The notes: generated by a model from the sequence alone, not told the origin. DNA of 60,447 nt, filler included, from an uncultured Myxococcia bacterium (GCA_964617105.1; 6 parts of 6 records of this genome joined end to end with filler, not necessarily neighbours in it); one strand, 5' to 3'; shown: positions 10,159 to 19,936, counted from the whole stretch's first letter. A program made the numbers and translations.

Positions 10159-11472
10159 TTACCTCTATATACCGATAAAATCTTATACATTATCATCGAT
10201 GAATACGACTTATTCGCCAATGAACTTTTGGCATTTAAGCCCAATAAATTTAAGCAACATTTTGGCTCTACCGGTTTTGTCCGTAAATTTTATGAACAGA
10301 TAAAAGAGGGAACTAAAAAAGGTGTTGTTGACCGTATTTTCATCACCGGGGTCACTCCCATTGCGCTGGATAGCCTGTCGAGTGGATTCAATGTTACCAC
10401 TAATCTTTCTAACTCGATAAAACTTAACCGAATGATGGGATTTACCTTGATTGAAGTCGGCCGAATTGTAAATGAAATTTCCCAGGAATGTTCAAAAATA
10501 GATAAAAACCAATTATTGTCAGATTTGGTCAATTTTTATGATGGCTACAAATTCAATAGAGAAGCCAAAGAAAGTATATTTAACCCTGATATGATTCTTT
10601 ATTTTGTCAATCACCTGCTACGTGAAGAAATGTGCAAATACCCCGACAACCTGATCGATAAAAACATTATCTCCGATTACACAAAAATCCAACAGATGTT
10701 CAAAATCGGGGATTATGAGAAAAATCTGGGAAAACTGGATGAATTGCTAAAAGAGAAGCAATTGATTGTTAAACTTACCGATGTGAATTTATTGGATAAA
10801 GACAGGGTAAAAAAATTTACAACCAGTGATTTTGTTAGTCTGCTTTTTTATTTAGGGATAATTACCATAAAAGAACCTTATGGTGCTAATCTCAAATTAA
10901 AAATTCCCAATTATTGCATCGAGCAACTATATCTTGAATTTTTTATCCACATAATTGAGGAAAGAACAAACGCCAAGATTGATACTACCAAACTAGACAA
11001 TTGTATCTTTGAAATTTCTCAAAATGGAAATATCAAACCCCTGGTAAAGATGGTTGAGAGTTTTCTGCATAGTCTCTCCTTCCGTGATTTTCAGAAATTT
11101 GACGAAAAATATGTCAAACTGGCAATTTTCGCTTATCTTTCCCTGACCAATTTGTATATCACCAAGACCGAGTATGAAGTCGAGGATGGCTATATCGACC
11201 TGGCACTTTTAGAGCGCTCACCTTATGATGTAAATTATCAGTTTGGCTTTGAGTTGAAATATATAAAAATGGTAGATGACAAGCAGGATAAAAAGAAAAT
11301 AAGGGAGACTCTCTACAATAAAGCATTGGAACAGCTGAAAAAATACCGCCAATCGGATGAGTTTTCAAAAATGAAAAACCTGAAAACCTACATCCTGATT
11401 TTCGTTGGTGATAAATGTGAAGTCTGTGAGGAGGTGACTACATCTAGCAAGTCGCTCATGTTATCCTGTTAG
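10159..11472 (+). CDS. AAA-ATPase-like / PD-(D/E)XK nuclease (DUF1703-type) protein, 5'-truncated by the contig edge
   Basis: Frame open from the contig start (…IIIDEYD Walker B); IFITGVTP, YDGYKF, FNP; C-terminal EYEVEDGYIDL...FELKY. Confidence 0.88.
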   Translation, partial: LPLYTDKILYIIIDEYDLFANELLAFKPNKFKQHFGSTGFVRKFYEQIKEGTKKGVVDRIFITGVTPIALDSLSSGFNVTTNLSNSIKLNRMMGFTLIEVGRIVNEISQECSKIDKNQLLSDLVNFYDGYKFNREAKESIFNPDMILYFVNHLLREEMCKYPDNLIDKNIISDYTKIQQMFKIGDYEKNLGKLDELLKEKQLIVKLTDVNLLDKDRVKKFTTSDFVSLLFYLGIITIKEPYGANLKLKIPNYCIEQLYLEFFIHIIEERTNAKIDTTKLDNCIFEISQNGNIKPLVKMVESFLHSLSFRDFQKFDEKYVKLAIFAYLSLTNLYITKTEYEVEDGYIDLALLERSPYDVNYQFGFELKYIKMVDDKQDKKKIRETLYNKALEQLKKYRQSDEFSKMKNLKTYILIFVGDKCEVCEEVTTSSKSLMLSC

Positions 11473-11572
11473 AATTTATCTCATGCCAATATTTCTTGTC
11501 CACGGTTTTGTGAAACATGGTAAAATGCGTTGAAAGTTATGGAATAACTGGTTAGAAGCCAAAGGATAAAAA

Positions 11573-12508
11573 ATGCCCATATTTGAAATAACAGAAGACA
11601 AACTCTTTCCAGTAGAACAAAAGAATTTCTCACGTGAAAAGCAATTACAATCTCTGATTGAAAACAATCTTGAGGAGGTTTTCAATTGTCGCTTTGTGGC
11701 AACGGAATTTTCAACAGGTGCTCAACATGCAGGAAGAATTGATAGTCTCGCACTATCGGAAGAAAATAATCCTGCTATTATTGAATACAAAATAGTAGAA
11801 TCATCGGAACTAATAAATCAAAGCCTATTCTATCTACATTGGATTCAAGATCATAAAGGAAATTTTGAAATTGCAGTTCAAAAAACTCTTGGAAACGTGG
11901 CTAAGGTTGACTGGACAGATGTTCGAGTAATCTGTATAGCTCCAAATTACAAAAAATATGATCTTCATGCTGTCCAGGTCATGGGTGCAAACATTGAATT
12001 ATGGAAGTACCGCCTATTTACAAACAATTCCTTATATATGGAAGAAGTACTACACAATACAAAATCAACAGCAATAATTTCTCAATCATCTAATAAAAAC
12101 CCCGTTATGGTTGAAGCAGGCAAAAAAGCCGCGCAGGTGAGAGCAACAGCCACCTACACACTTGAAGAACATCTTAAAGGTAAGTCAAAAGAAATCCAAG
12201 AACTCATGCACGAAATTCGTGAATTTGTTACGGGATTAGATTCAGCAATAGAAGAGGTGCCCAAAAAGTGTTATATAGCTTATAAATCATCTAAAAATAT
12301 CGTATGTATGGAAGCAAAAAGCAAAAATATTAAGATATTCGTTAAACTAAAGCCTTCTGAGGTTCTTGAGCCACCAAAGAGTTATCGAGATGTAAGTGAA
12401 ATTGGTCATTCAGGTACTGGCGAAGTGGAATTCACTATCTCAACACCAGAAGAATTTGAAGAAACAAAGAAGTACATTGAACTGGCATACAACAAGATCG
12501 GTGGCTAA
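11573..12508 (+). CDS. NucS-like (DUF91) endonuclease domain plus DUF5655 domain protein
   Basis: EKQLQ...GRIDSLAL.E...AIIEYK...QSLFY nuclease motif; C-terminal EEVPKKCYIAYK...RDVSEIGHSGTG. Confidence 0.8.
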   Translation: MPIFEITEDKLFPVEQKNFSREKQLQSLIENNLEEVFNCRFVATEFSTGAQHAGRIDSLALSEENNPAIIEYKIVESSELINQSLFYLHWIQDHKGNFEIAVQKTLGNVAKVDWTDVRVICIAPNYKKYDLHAVQVMGANIELWKYRLFTNNSLYMEEVLHNTKSTAIISQSSNKNPVMVEAGKKAAQVRATATYTLEEHLKGKSKEIQELMHEIREFVTGLDSAIEEVPKKCYIAYKSSKNIVCMEAKSKNIKIFVKLKPSEVLEPPKSYRDVSEIGHSGTGEVEFTISTPEEFEETKKYIELAYNKIGG

Positions 12509-12520
12509 TACAATAAAGGT

Positions 12521-13366
12521 CTACAATATGTACTTGTCTATTATGTAATTGTCTATTATTGATGTAAAATCACTTTTATGCTCATGATAGCGATCCAGTT
12601 TTCCCCGCCCCTGGGTGTCGCCTACATAAACCCAATTGGATGCCTTGTAACTGGCCCCATCAAACCGTTGCCGCTCCACAAAGGTCTCGAACAGAACCGG
12701 ACGGTAATTATACCTGGCCTCCCAGTCATCAGGCAGCCTCCTTGAAACCATGGATAAGATACGCGAGGCCAAATTTTTGGATTTCACCCAGGGCAGTATC
12801 AAAAAGCGGGCATTGTTCACCACCAGATGAAGGTTATCCTTACGGCAATCTGTGCTCCAGCCGATATAATGGTCCCGGGGGGCTGTCTTCCAGGCCGCGG
12901 CACCAAAACCCAATGCCGCCAATATCTCCTCTTTATGCTTGACAAAATACCGCAACTGGGCACCTGGCAACGGTTTGTATCCCAGGTAATGATAGCGGTC
13001 TATCAGTTCATTCCACAGTTTGGATGAAAACTTGTCTGTAACCAATTCTATATCCAGGGCAAACGCCCCTGCCGGCTTGATTATATCCGGCTTTGCTTCG
13101 CCAAACAGCGTCCGTTGAACAGGGACTTTGGCATTACATATATATTTTCGTTTTGGGGGTGGCAGTTTTATCAATCCATCTTTTTCCATGCGCAGCAATG
13201 CCACACGGCAACTCATGTCCTTCAAGGTTCCATTGGGCTTTAGCCAGTCGAAAGCCGTGCAGACCTGTCTTGAAATTTCATTGCGGCCCTTTTGGGAGTA
13301 TTTCACGATGATCTGCTTGATCTGCTCGAGTTCGGATTGTGAAAAATCCCGCCCGGAATAACGCAT
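12521..13366 (-). pseudogene. DUF4338 (DruA-like, often IS-associated) protein with the conserved C-terminus apparently replaced
   Basis: RYHYLGY...GAQLRY, RDHYIGW, NNARFLILPWV, LFETFVE, YKASNW..G.TQGRGK; then AT-rich unrelated-looking tail after HEHK. Confidence 0.7.
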
Positions 13367-13470
13367 GCCTGGTTCACCCTGTTTCCATAATGATCTGATT
13401 TCCCGATGTTAAATGCATTATACCAAAACGAAAATTGCGTGTTCAGCAGAGGCTTTCGACATGTGGCAAA

Positions 13471-13560
13471 TTTCAACCTCGAGGCAACCCGGGTGCGCTG
13501 GTTCTCCGCTGCAGGCTTCGCTCCGCCCCAGGGCACCCGGGTTGTCTATCAGGCCTGAAA
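13471..13560. repeat. REP-like GC-rich hairpin
   Basis: AGGCAACCCGGGTGCGCTGG (13482-13501) pairs with CCAGGGCACCCGGGTTGTCT (13528-13547), 18/20; outer TTTCA/TGAAA. Confidence 0.7.
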
Positions 13561-13580
13561 ACATACTGACCTTTAATTTG

Positions 13581-13806
13581 CTAAGCCGCTTTTACAAGTG
13601 AACGCATCATCTCCTCTCTGCCAGCCTTTATATGGCCGACTGCCATAGATAACATCACTATCAAGGCCAAACCGACTTTGAATTTCATCTTGGCCATTCC
13701 CCTTATGGTATGTTGCTCAAAACCAAAACTAACATCCAACCGGCTGTTCACCCGCTCTACCGCACTCCGGTAATTATACTTGGCAGCCCAGGCATAACTG
13801 CTCCTG
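13581..13806 (-). mobile_element. C-terminal remnant of a DDE transposase (IS4/IS5/IS1182-like)
   Basis: YNYRSAVERVNSRLD YREK-type motif and IRGMAKMK...LALIVML; no N-terminal part. Confidence 0.7.
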
Positions 13807-14633
13807 GCTGCCAATTCCGATCTGCGAAAGGATGAACAAAACGATGAAATTCTCCGGTTTGTTGATTTCTGGAAAGAACGGACAGGCCGCCTTCCAGAAG
13901 AACTCATTTTTGATTCAAAACTTACGACCTATGAAAATCTGAATAATCTCAACCAAATGAAAATTCAATTTATTACTCTGCGAAGACGTTCCAAAAAAAT
14001 GCTTCAAGCGATAAACCAAAAACCCGAATCTGCCTGGAGACGGATTCAACTTGAAGGTGTTTCAAGGATCTACCGGACCCCGAAAATTCTGGATGAAAAA
14101 ATAGCCCTCAAAGATTATTCAGGTCCTTTACGACAATTGACAATTAAAGATTTGGGGCACGAAGAACCGACCATTTTAATTACAAATCAACTTAAACGTT
14201 CCCCTCGCAAACTCATTACACGGTATGCCAAGAGAATGCTCATCGAAAATGGCATCGCCGATGGCATTGATTTTTTCCACATGGATTCTCTGTCCTCCGC
14301 AGTGGCTATGAAAGTAAACTGTGATCTTCAACTTACGCTCATGGCTAGCAACCTCTATAAGGTCTTTGGTGCTAAAATTGGTAACGGCTATACAACAGCC
14401 AAATCAAGACATAGTTTCAGAGATTTCATCGATGCATCGGCAACGATAAAAATAACGAAAAATAACATCATTGTTCGTTTTCAAAAACGGGCTCACAACC
14501 CTTTATTGCTGTCCGCCGGGTTTGAAGAAAGTGATGTAAAAATCCCCTGGCTCGGTGGCAATAAAAAATTGCAACTTATATTTGGCTAAATCCGCCATGG
14601 TGTTAACTTAATAAACTAACATGGGAATCCAGG
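13807..14633 (+). mobile_element. 3' half of a DDE transposase (IS1380-like) with a candidate right terminal repeat
   Basis: Frame open from 13807 (ANSDLRKDEQNDEILRF...LIFDSKLTTY) to stop 14589; YAKRMLIENGI motif; GGGAATCCAGG at 14623-14633 resembles IS1380-type CCT.GATTC termini. Confidence 0.65.
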
Positions 14634-14762
14634 CTGGTCATTGTATTTGTTTTACCTGTCTGTCCAATCAATTTTTTAAAATATTTTTGTTGGCTGGTTC
14701 AGCAGAACATGCTAACATATTGTAAGGATAGAAAGATTCTGTACCATTGTAAAGAGTTAATC

Positions 14763-16520
14763 ATGAAAATCCCTTACGGTGAATCGAATTTTGAAAAGAT
14801 AGTGACCAACAATTACTATTATATCGATAGAACCCATTACATCGAGATGTTGGAGAATTTAAACGAGAATTATCTTGTATTCCTCCGCCCTCGACGGTTT
14901 GGCAAGTCGTTGTTTTGTTCGATGCTGAGTTACTATTATGATGTTCAATACAAGGACCGGTTTGAGGAATTATTCGGCAATTTTTATATTGGGAAAAAGC
15001 CGACTGATAGGAAAAATAATTATCTTGTACTGAAATTAAATTTTAGTGGGATAAGTACAGATTCAAATGAGAGGCTTTTTAACAGTTTTAGAGAAAAAAT
15101 ACGCGACGCTATAGAAAATTGTCTTAAGAAGTATGATTATACTGGTGACATAATTGCTAATTTAAAATCACCAACTTATGAACCAGCAGATATTATAAGG
15201 AAATTTCTTAATTTTATTAATTCTGAAGTTGTGTATCAACTTTATATCCTTATCGATGAATATGATCTTTTCGCAAATGAACTATTGGCTTTTCAACCCA
15301 ATGAATTTCAAAAACACTTTAGTTCTACCGGTTTTATCAGAAAATTCTATGAACAGATAAAAGAAGGAACAGAGAATGCTGTAGTTGACAAGATTTTTAT
15401 TACTGGCGTAACCCCCATTGCCCTAGATAGCCTCTCAAGTGGGTTCAATATTACCGAAAACCTTTCAACTGCCATTGAATTTAACGAAATGATGGGATTT
15501 AAAGAGGATGAGGTAAAAAAAATTGTATTAGAGATTAAAAAGGAATGTCCAAAAACCGATTCAGATAAAATGTTTAATGATCTAGTTAGGTTCTATGATG
15601 GTTACAAGTTCAACCATGAAGCAGAGGCAAGGGTTTTTAATCCCGAAATGATCCTATATTTTGTCAGCCAATACACCAGGAGTGGCAAGTGTAAATACCC
15701 CGATAACATAGCTGGCAAAAACATGATCTCCGATTACACCAAAATCCAGCAGATGTTCAAAGTTGGGGATTATGAAAAGAATCTAAAAATTATTGACGAA
15801 CTTTTAAATAAAGGCGAAGTTAAATCCTCACTCATAGACAACGATTTAATTACTGAAAATACTAATTGGGAATTTAATGGCGAGGAAAAATTCATCAGTT
15901 TGATTTTTTTCCTGGGCATTATTAGTATAGAAAGGTCCGATGGTGAGGATATTGTATTTAAGATACCCAATTATGTTATAGAAAAATTATATCTAAATTT
16001 TTTTATAAGTATTATTCAGGAAAAAACTGACATTGACATTAATGTCAGGGCACTCAAGACTGCAATAAGCGCCATGGCCCATAAGGGAGAAGTGGTTTTA
16101 TTTGTCAGTACTGTGGAGAAACTTCTTACGCATCTTTCCAATCGTGACTACATCAAGTTTGACGAGAAATATGTAAAGTTGCTAATATTTTCATATCTGT
16201 CATTGACTCGGATGTATGTAACCAAGAGTGAATATGAGGTTGAGGATGGTTATATTGACCTGCTGATGTTTAGGCGTCCTCCCTATAATGCAAAATACCA
16301 GTTTGCGTTTGAGGTGAAATACCTGAAAAAGAAGGAGATGAAAAAAGACCTGTCCGCCTTAGCCTTGGCGAAGGCGGATGCATTGGAGCAGATACAGAAA
16401 TATCGTAAGTCTGATGAATTTTCCACAATGGAAAACCTAAAAACCTATATATTGATTTTCATTGGGGATAAATGTGAGGTTTGTGAAAAGGTGAATGATG
16501 AAATCAACCCTGTTAAATAA
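14763..16520 (+). CDS. AAA-ATPase-like / PD-(D/E)XK nuclease (DUF1703-type) protein, full length
   Basis: MKIPYGESNF, YYIDRT, RPRRFGKS Walker A, LIDEYD, GYIDL...FEVKY. Confidence 0.92.
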   Translation: MKIPYGESNFEKIVTNNYYYIDRTHYIEMLENLNENYLVFLRPRRFGKSLFCSMLSYYYDVQYKDRFEELFGNFYIGKKPTDRKNNYLVLKLNFSGISTDSNERLFNSFREKIRDAIENCLKKYDYTGDIIANLKSPTYEPADIIRKFLNFINSEVVYQLYILIDEYDLFANELLAFQPNEFQKHFSSTGFIRKFYEQIKEGTENAVVDKIFITGVTPIALDSLSSGFNITENLSTAIEFNEMMGFKEDEVKKIVLEIKKECPKTDSDKMFNDLVRFYDGYKFNHEAEARVFNPEMILYFVSQYTRSGKCKYPDNIAGKNMISDYTKIQQMFKVGDYEKNLKIIDELLNKGEVKSSLIDNDLITENTNWEFNGEEKFISLIFFLGIISIERSDGEDIVFKIPNYVIEKLYLNFFISIIQEKTDIDINVRALKTAISAMAHKGEVVLFVSTVEKLLTHLSNRDYIKFDEKYVKLLIFSYLSLTRMYVTKSEYEVEDGYIDLLMFRRPPYNAKYQFAFEVKYLKKKEMKKDLSALALAKADALEQIQKYRKSDEFSTMENLKTYILIFIGDKCEVCEKVNDEINPVK

Positions 16521-16718
16521 GAAAAATTACCAATCTCAACCTGGAGTCCACTTTGCAGAGAATTTCTCAGAACATCCATCAACCCATGATAATCACTACG
16601 CTATCTCGCAATTCACAAGTTCCCACCAGCCATCAACCACCCCAAAACCGGTTCGAGCACAGGCGTGCAGCGGGGAGCCACTCTAAAAAGGGCAGGGTAA
16701 CGCCTCCCAACTGGTTTA

Positions 16719-16763
16719 CAAGAGAGCCCGGAGAGCCTTGAATAGGCGCTTCGGGCTCTCTTG
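16719..16763. terminator. Strong hairpin, possible terminator
   Basis: CAAGAGAGCCCG...CGGGCTCTCTTG perfect 12-bp outer stem plus imperfect inner stem, followed by CGTTTTG. Confidence 0.45.
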
Positions 16764-17312
16764 CGTTTTGGGGGAAAGATCGGAGACGGGGGTGGCGCTG
16801 TTTGGCGGCCGCGGCGAAATACTCGTGATAACGGGTGGTTAGCGGTGGGTTGTCAAGGTTGGCCACTGCCCATCTGGTTCGATTTCACTGAAATGTCTGC
16901 CTCAATTCTGCCACAATTTCACTGGGTATTCCTCTTTTTGGCCAGTCTTAGCCCGGTTTCTGTCAGTCTCAACCGGTCTCAGAAATAGAGACCAAAAACA
17001 ATGTCATCTCACATTAACCACAAAAATCACGTAAATTATACCAGGCATTTTGAGGCTCTCCGAAGAGTCTCTGTTTCTCTGGGTTAGGCTTGCCTAAAGT
17101 GGTTAACAGGGCTGTTAACCGGTTTGAAAATGGGATTTTAGGGGGTGGAGTGGTTAACAGGGGATGGCTGTTAACCATCGGGGAACATGTTGATATTGTT
17201 GGGCAATTTGGATGGTGTTTTTGAGGTGTTTCGGTGGGCGTAAATGGGGGAATTGGGTGTGGTGTTATTCAGCAGGGGCGTCTGTGTGTGTCACCATAAC
17301 GACATAGGTGAG

Positions 17313-17625
17313 TCAACGCGGGGAGCCCCCTCCTCCGGAGGAGGGGGCTGAACAATTCACATTATGGCCTCCGATTCTTTTACTTGCTTCCTCTGCCCGG
17401 TAACTCTTTACTTCACCAGGTATTTCAAGAATTGTGGCGTGGTGTACAAGTCTATCTATAGCGCTCTATAGGCGCTCCCCAATTAATCTGGAGGGGACTG
17501 AATAGGTGTTGAAATTTACCCTGATTGTGCTCCATTCACTAACTCGCTTCTCTTCTTCTCGATACAATGGCAATTTGGTCACACGTAAATCCTTCATCAC
17601 AGCCACCTCTTCCTGTAACAGTGGC
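17313..17625 (-). mobile_element. IS21-family remnant: istA fragment joined to the istB C-terminus
   Basis: Minus-strand translation LLQEEVAVMKDL...RVSEWSTIRVNFNTYSVPSRLIGERL* then, same frame, SAIDRLVHHATILEIPGEVKSYR; not in the ORF track. Confidence 0.8.
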
Positions 17626-17840
17626 CGGAAATTTAGGCTTTTAGAAAGTGCTTTGCGGAAATGGGAAAACTAACTACTTGAGAAAGCAGAAGAGACTCAC
17701 GTTTGCTATGGTTGTGTTGCCCAATGGGGCTGGTGCCATTGCCGTAATTTTTTATAAAATGCAAAAAAAAACGATGGCTTTGTGGGATAGAAAGAGCATT
17801 GGGGGGCAAGTATCAAACAAATAAAACAATTTCATTTGAT

Positions 17841-18719
17841 CTAAGGTTCCCATGATGGACTAACGTATAGAGAAACGGACATTCTCACTGAAGTATAGTT
17901 CTTGGGTCTTTTCCCATCTGATACATCTACAATTACTGTTAGAAAATTATCAAAACCTCTTTTTACATCGTCAAATCTGTTGCCAAAGAAATTTTCATCC
18001 AAATTAACAATAAATGTGTCTCCGGTACTAATTTTATGCTTTTTCCCTGGCTCTTCATCTCCATCGAATTTACCCAAGAACTCTTCCTCTTCATAGATCC
18101 ACCATTTGTAACTGACGATATCATTAGTGTCTTTGTCAATCGCTTTTACTTTGAAAATTAGTTCATCGCCTATTTTTACAATATATCTTTCGTCTTTCTT
18201 ATATGGGATATATTTTTTGGAGGGAGATGTTCCATCTGAATAACCCCAATCAAAAAAAACTATCTCAGGTTCGTTATTTACCAGTTCATCAGGAGTGAGT
18301 GTGTTAGGATAGTTATCCTTCTTTTCTTTATAATGTTTTACTGATAGGTTTAAGTAGTTCAAAAGATCTTTCTCGCCTTTAAAACGATAACCTGGGTGTT
18401 GGTATCGCTCCAGTTTTTTCTCTAGTGATTCTTTTTCTTTAGAATCTGGCTTTTCTTCTTTTGGAGCAGTGCCACTATCTTGACTATTTTGTTCAACTTT
18501 GGATTTTTTAGAGCGGATAAATAAGTTGGTAACCTTTTTCCCTGTCCTAGGCTTTTGTTTTTTGCCAATTGCACTTTCTAATTTCTGCACTCTCTTATTT
18601 GTTGAGACTGTCGGGTCTTTTTTAAGCTCATTATTGGTTGGGTGGTCTTTGGTTTTATAGACGGCAACTATGGAGAATATTATTATGAAAGAGATTAGTA
18701 TAAGAGATTTATTGGCCAT
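17841..18719 (-). CDS. Hypothetical membrane-anchored or secreted protein (Lys-rich linker, possible Ig-like C-terminal domain)
   Basis: N-terminal hydrophobic segment; AT-rich; KVKAIDKD...VSYKWW pattern. Confidence 0.6.
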   Translation of the reverse strand: MANKSLILISFIIIFSIVAVYKTKDHPTNNELKKDPTVSTNKRVQKLESAIGKKQKPRTGKKVTNLFIRSKKSKVEQNSQDSGTAPKEEKPDSKEKESLEKKLERYQHPGYRFKGEKDLLNYLNLSVKHYKEKKDNYPNTLTPDELVNNEPEIVFFDWGYSDGTSPSKKYIPYKKDERYIVKIGDELIFKVKAIDKDTNDIVSYKWWIYEEEEFLGKFDGDEEPGKKHKISTGDTFIVNLDENFFGNRFDDVKRGFDNFLTVIVDVSDGKRPKNYTSVRMSVSLYVSPSWEP

Positions 18720-18759
18720 ATTAAATCTGAAGCCCCATCTATCATTATAAAAGAAGCTT

Positions 18760-18977
18760 GCTTATTTATCCCCCCGACCGGCTTCGAGACTCAAAAGAGC
18801 CCTACCACAAGCCGGGGAGAAGGTTGTTCTTTGCCCAATTCCAGCCGGTCAAAATGACCCGGAACGGGGGCGGGACAGGAGAGCTGGTCAATGCCTTGGT
18901 GCACGGAGGCGGAGTCCGTAAACGCCGCCTGACTGGCTATTTTGCCGCCTATTTGGCGGTTGCAATGAATTCAGAGT
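18760..18977 (-). ncRNA. GC-rich structured segment 3' of the DGR template repeat (candidate DGR-RNA spacer)
   Basis: Several hairpins on the minus strand: CCGCC-aaata-GGCGG, AGGCGGcgtttacggactCCGCCT, CCGGGTCAttttGACCGG, CCGGCTT...AAGCCGG. Confidence 0.5.
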
Positions 18978-19091
18978 ACGAAAGCCAAGGTTGTTGTTGC
19001 GGTTGCCAGGCGAGTTGTTGTTGCGATTCGCCGAGCGGCAGTTCTTGGCGTTATTGTTCCAACTGCCCCCGCGTTTAACCCGGTTCGAGCC
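18978..19091 (-). repeat. DGR template repeat (TR) for an FGE-sulfatase/CLec-type target
   Basis: Conceptual translation GSNRVKRGGSWNNNAKNCRSANRNNNSPGNRNNNLGFR; 13 of 38 codons are AAC/AAT and only three other codons (AAA, AAG, AGT) contain any A. Confidence 0.93.
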
Positions 19092-19094
19092 ATT

Positions 19095-19595
19095 TTATTC
19101 TCCTGCCCACATATGTGCGTCAGCCAAAATAGACCGGCGCAGCAGGGCTTTTATTGTTCTGTGGTCAATTGAATCGAAAAATTTGTGGATATCGTTTTTT
19201 AGAAAGCAGCGGTATTTCTGGCAAAAATATTGTGCTCTGGCCAGGGCGCGATGGGTCCCTTTTTCTTTGCGGCAGGCATAACTGTCATGGATGGAGAATT
19301 TCTCGAAAATCGGCTCCACAAGGTTGCACACGCTGTGGTGAACCACTCTGTCTCTAAAGTCGGCCGCCGCTATCAACCGGGTCTTTGGATCGTTCACGAT
19401 GAACATCCTGTACGGCTGCGGTCTGTAACTCCCCGCTAAAATTTCCCGTTGCAGTTGCAGGACATTAGGCTCAACTCGAAACAGGAAGGAGGTGGCCTGT
19501 TTTGTGCAGAGTTTTCCCTTTGCCGCCTTATAAGCGCATTTCACTAGTTGGTTGAAATCTACTGTTTTTTCAAAAAGATTTCCGTATCGCTTCAT
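19095..19595 (-). pseudogene. DGR reverse transcriptase, N-terminal 166 aa only
   Basis: MKRYGNLF, YRPQPYRMFIVNDPKTRLI..ADFRDRVVHH, SYACRKEKGTHRA, LKNDIHKFFDSIDH; stops before the GxPxG..SQ and YxDD motifs; ATG overlaps the avd stop (ATGA). Confidence 0.9.
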
Positions 19596-19936
19596 GGTTC
19601 TAATTGCTGTTGCTGCCATCCACCCACTTGTTTTCCCGCTTCGTCGAGCAGACGGTTAAGATGGTCATAACCCTTGTGATCCAGATATTTTCTCTCATGG
19701 CAAAGTCCCGAGAGGACCCGCAGTTTTTCGATGTTCAGGTTGACAGTTTTTAAAAGTGAATACTTGCCACCAGAATAACAGACTTCCACTATCTTTTCCA
19801 AAACATCCAGGGCCAGGTTGTCTAATCGGTTTGAAAAAGTAAAGCGCACCTTTTTGGGAAACTTTTCTGTTTTTTGCAGCAAATATTTTATTACTTTTAT
19901 CCAGCATATATAAAGAGGCAGTTGTTCATGGCTCAT
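19592..19936 (-). CDS. avd: DGR accessory variability determinant (Avd, four-helix bundle)
   Basis: 114 aa, basic; EKFPKKVRFTFSNRL, LNIEKLRVL..LC, EAGKQVGGW; directly upstream of the RT. Confidence 0.9.
   Translation of the reverse strand: MSHEQLPLYICWIKVIKYLLQKTEKFPKKVRFTFSNRLDNLALDVLEKIVEVCYSGGKYSLLKTVNLNIEKLRVLSGLCHERKYLDHKGYDHLNRLLDEAGKQVGGWQQQQLEP

Noticed and set aside
11460-12530. NucS/DUF5655 gene as an integron cassette (GTTAGAA at 11551, GGCTAAT at the stop)
   Set aside because: No attC-like hairpin on either side, the inverse core lacks AAC, and no integrase is present; cannot be supported
12521-13366. Complete Druantia defence system
   Set aside because: Only a lone, apparently truncated DUF4338 gene among IS fragments; no DruE helicase or partner genes
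16646-16660. CCGGTTCGAGC match to the TR 5' end as a possible VR
   Set aside because: Only about 11 nt match and the flanking sequence does not follow the TR
19095-19595. RT as a group II intron, retron or CRISPR-associated RT
   Set aside because: The coupled avd gene and AAC-rich TR identify a DGR; no intron domain V, msr/msd or cas genes were seen
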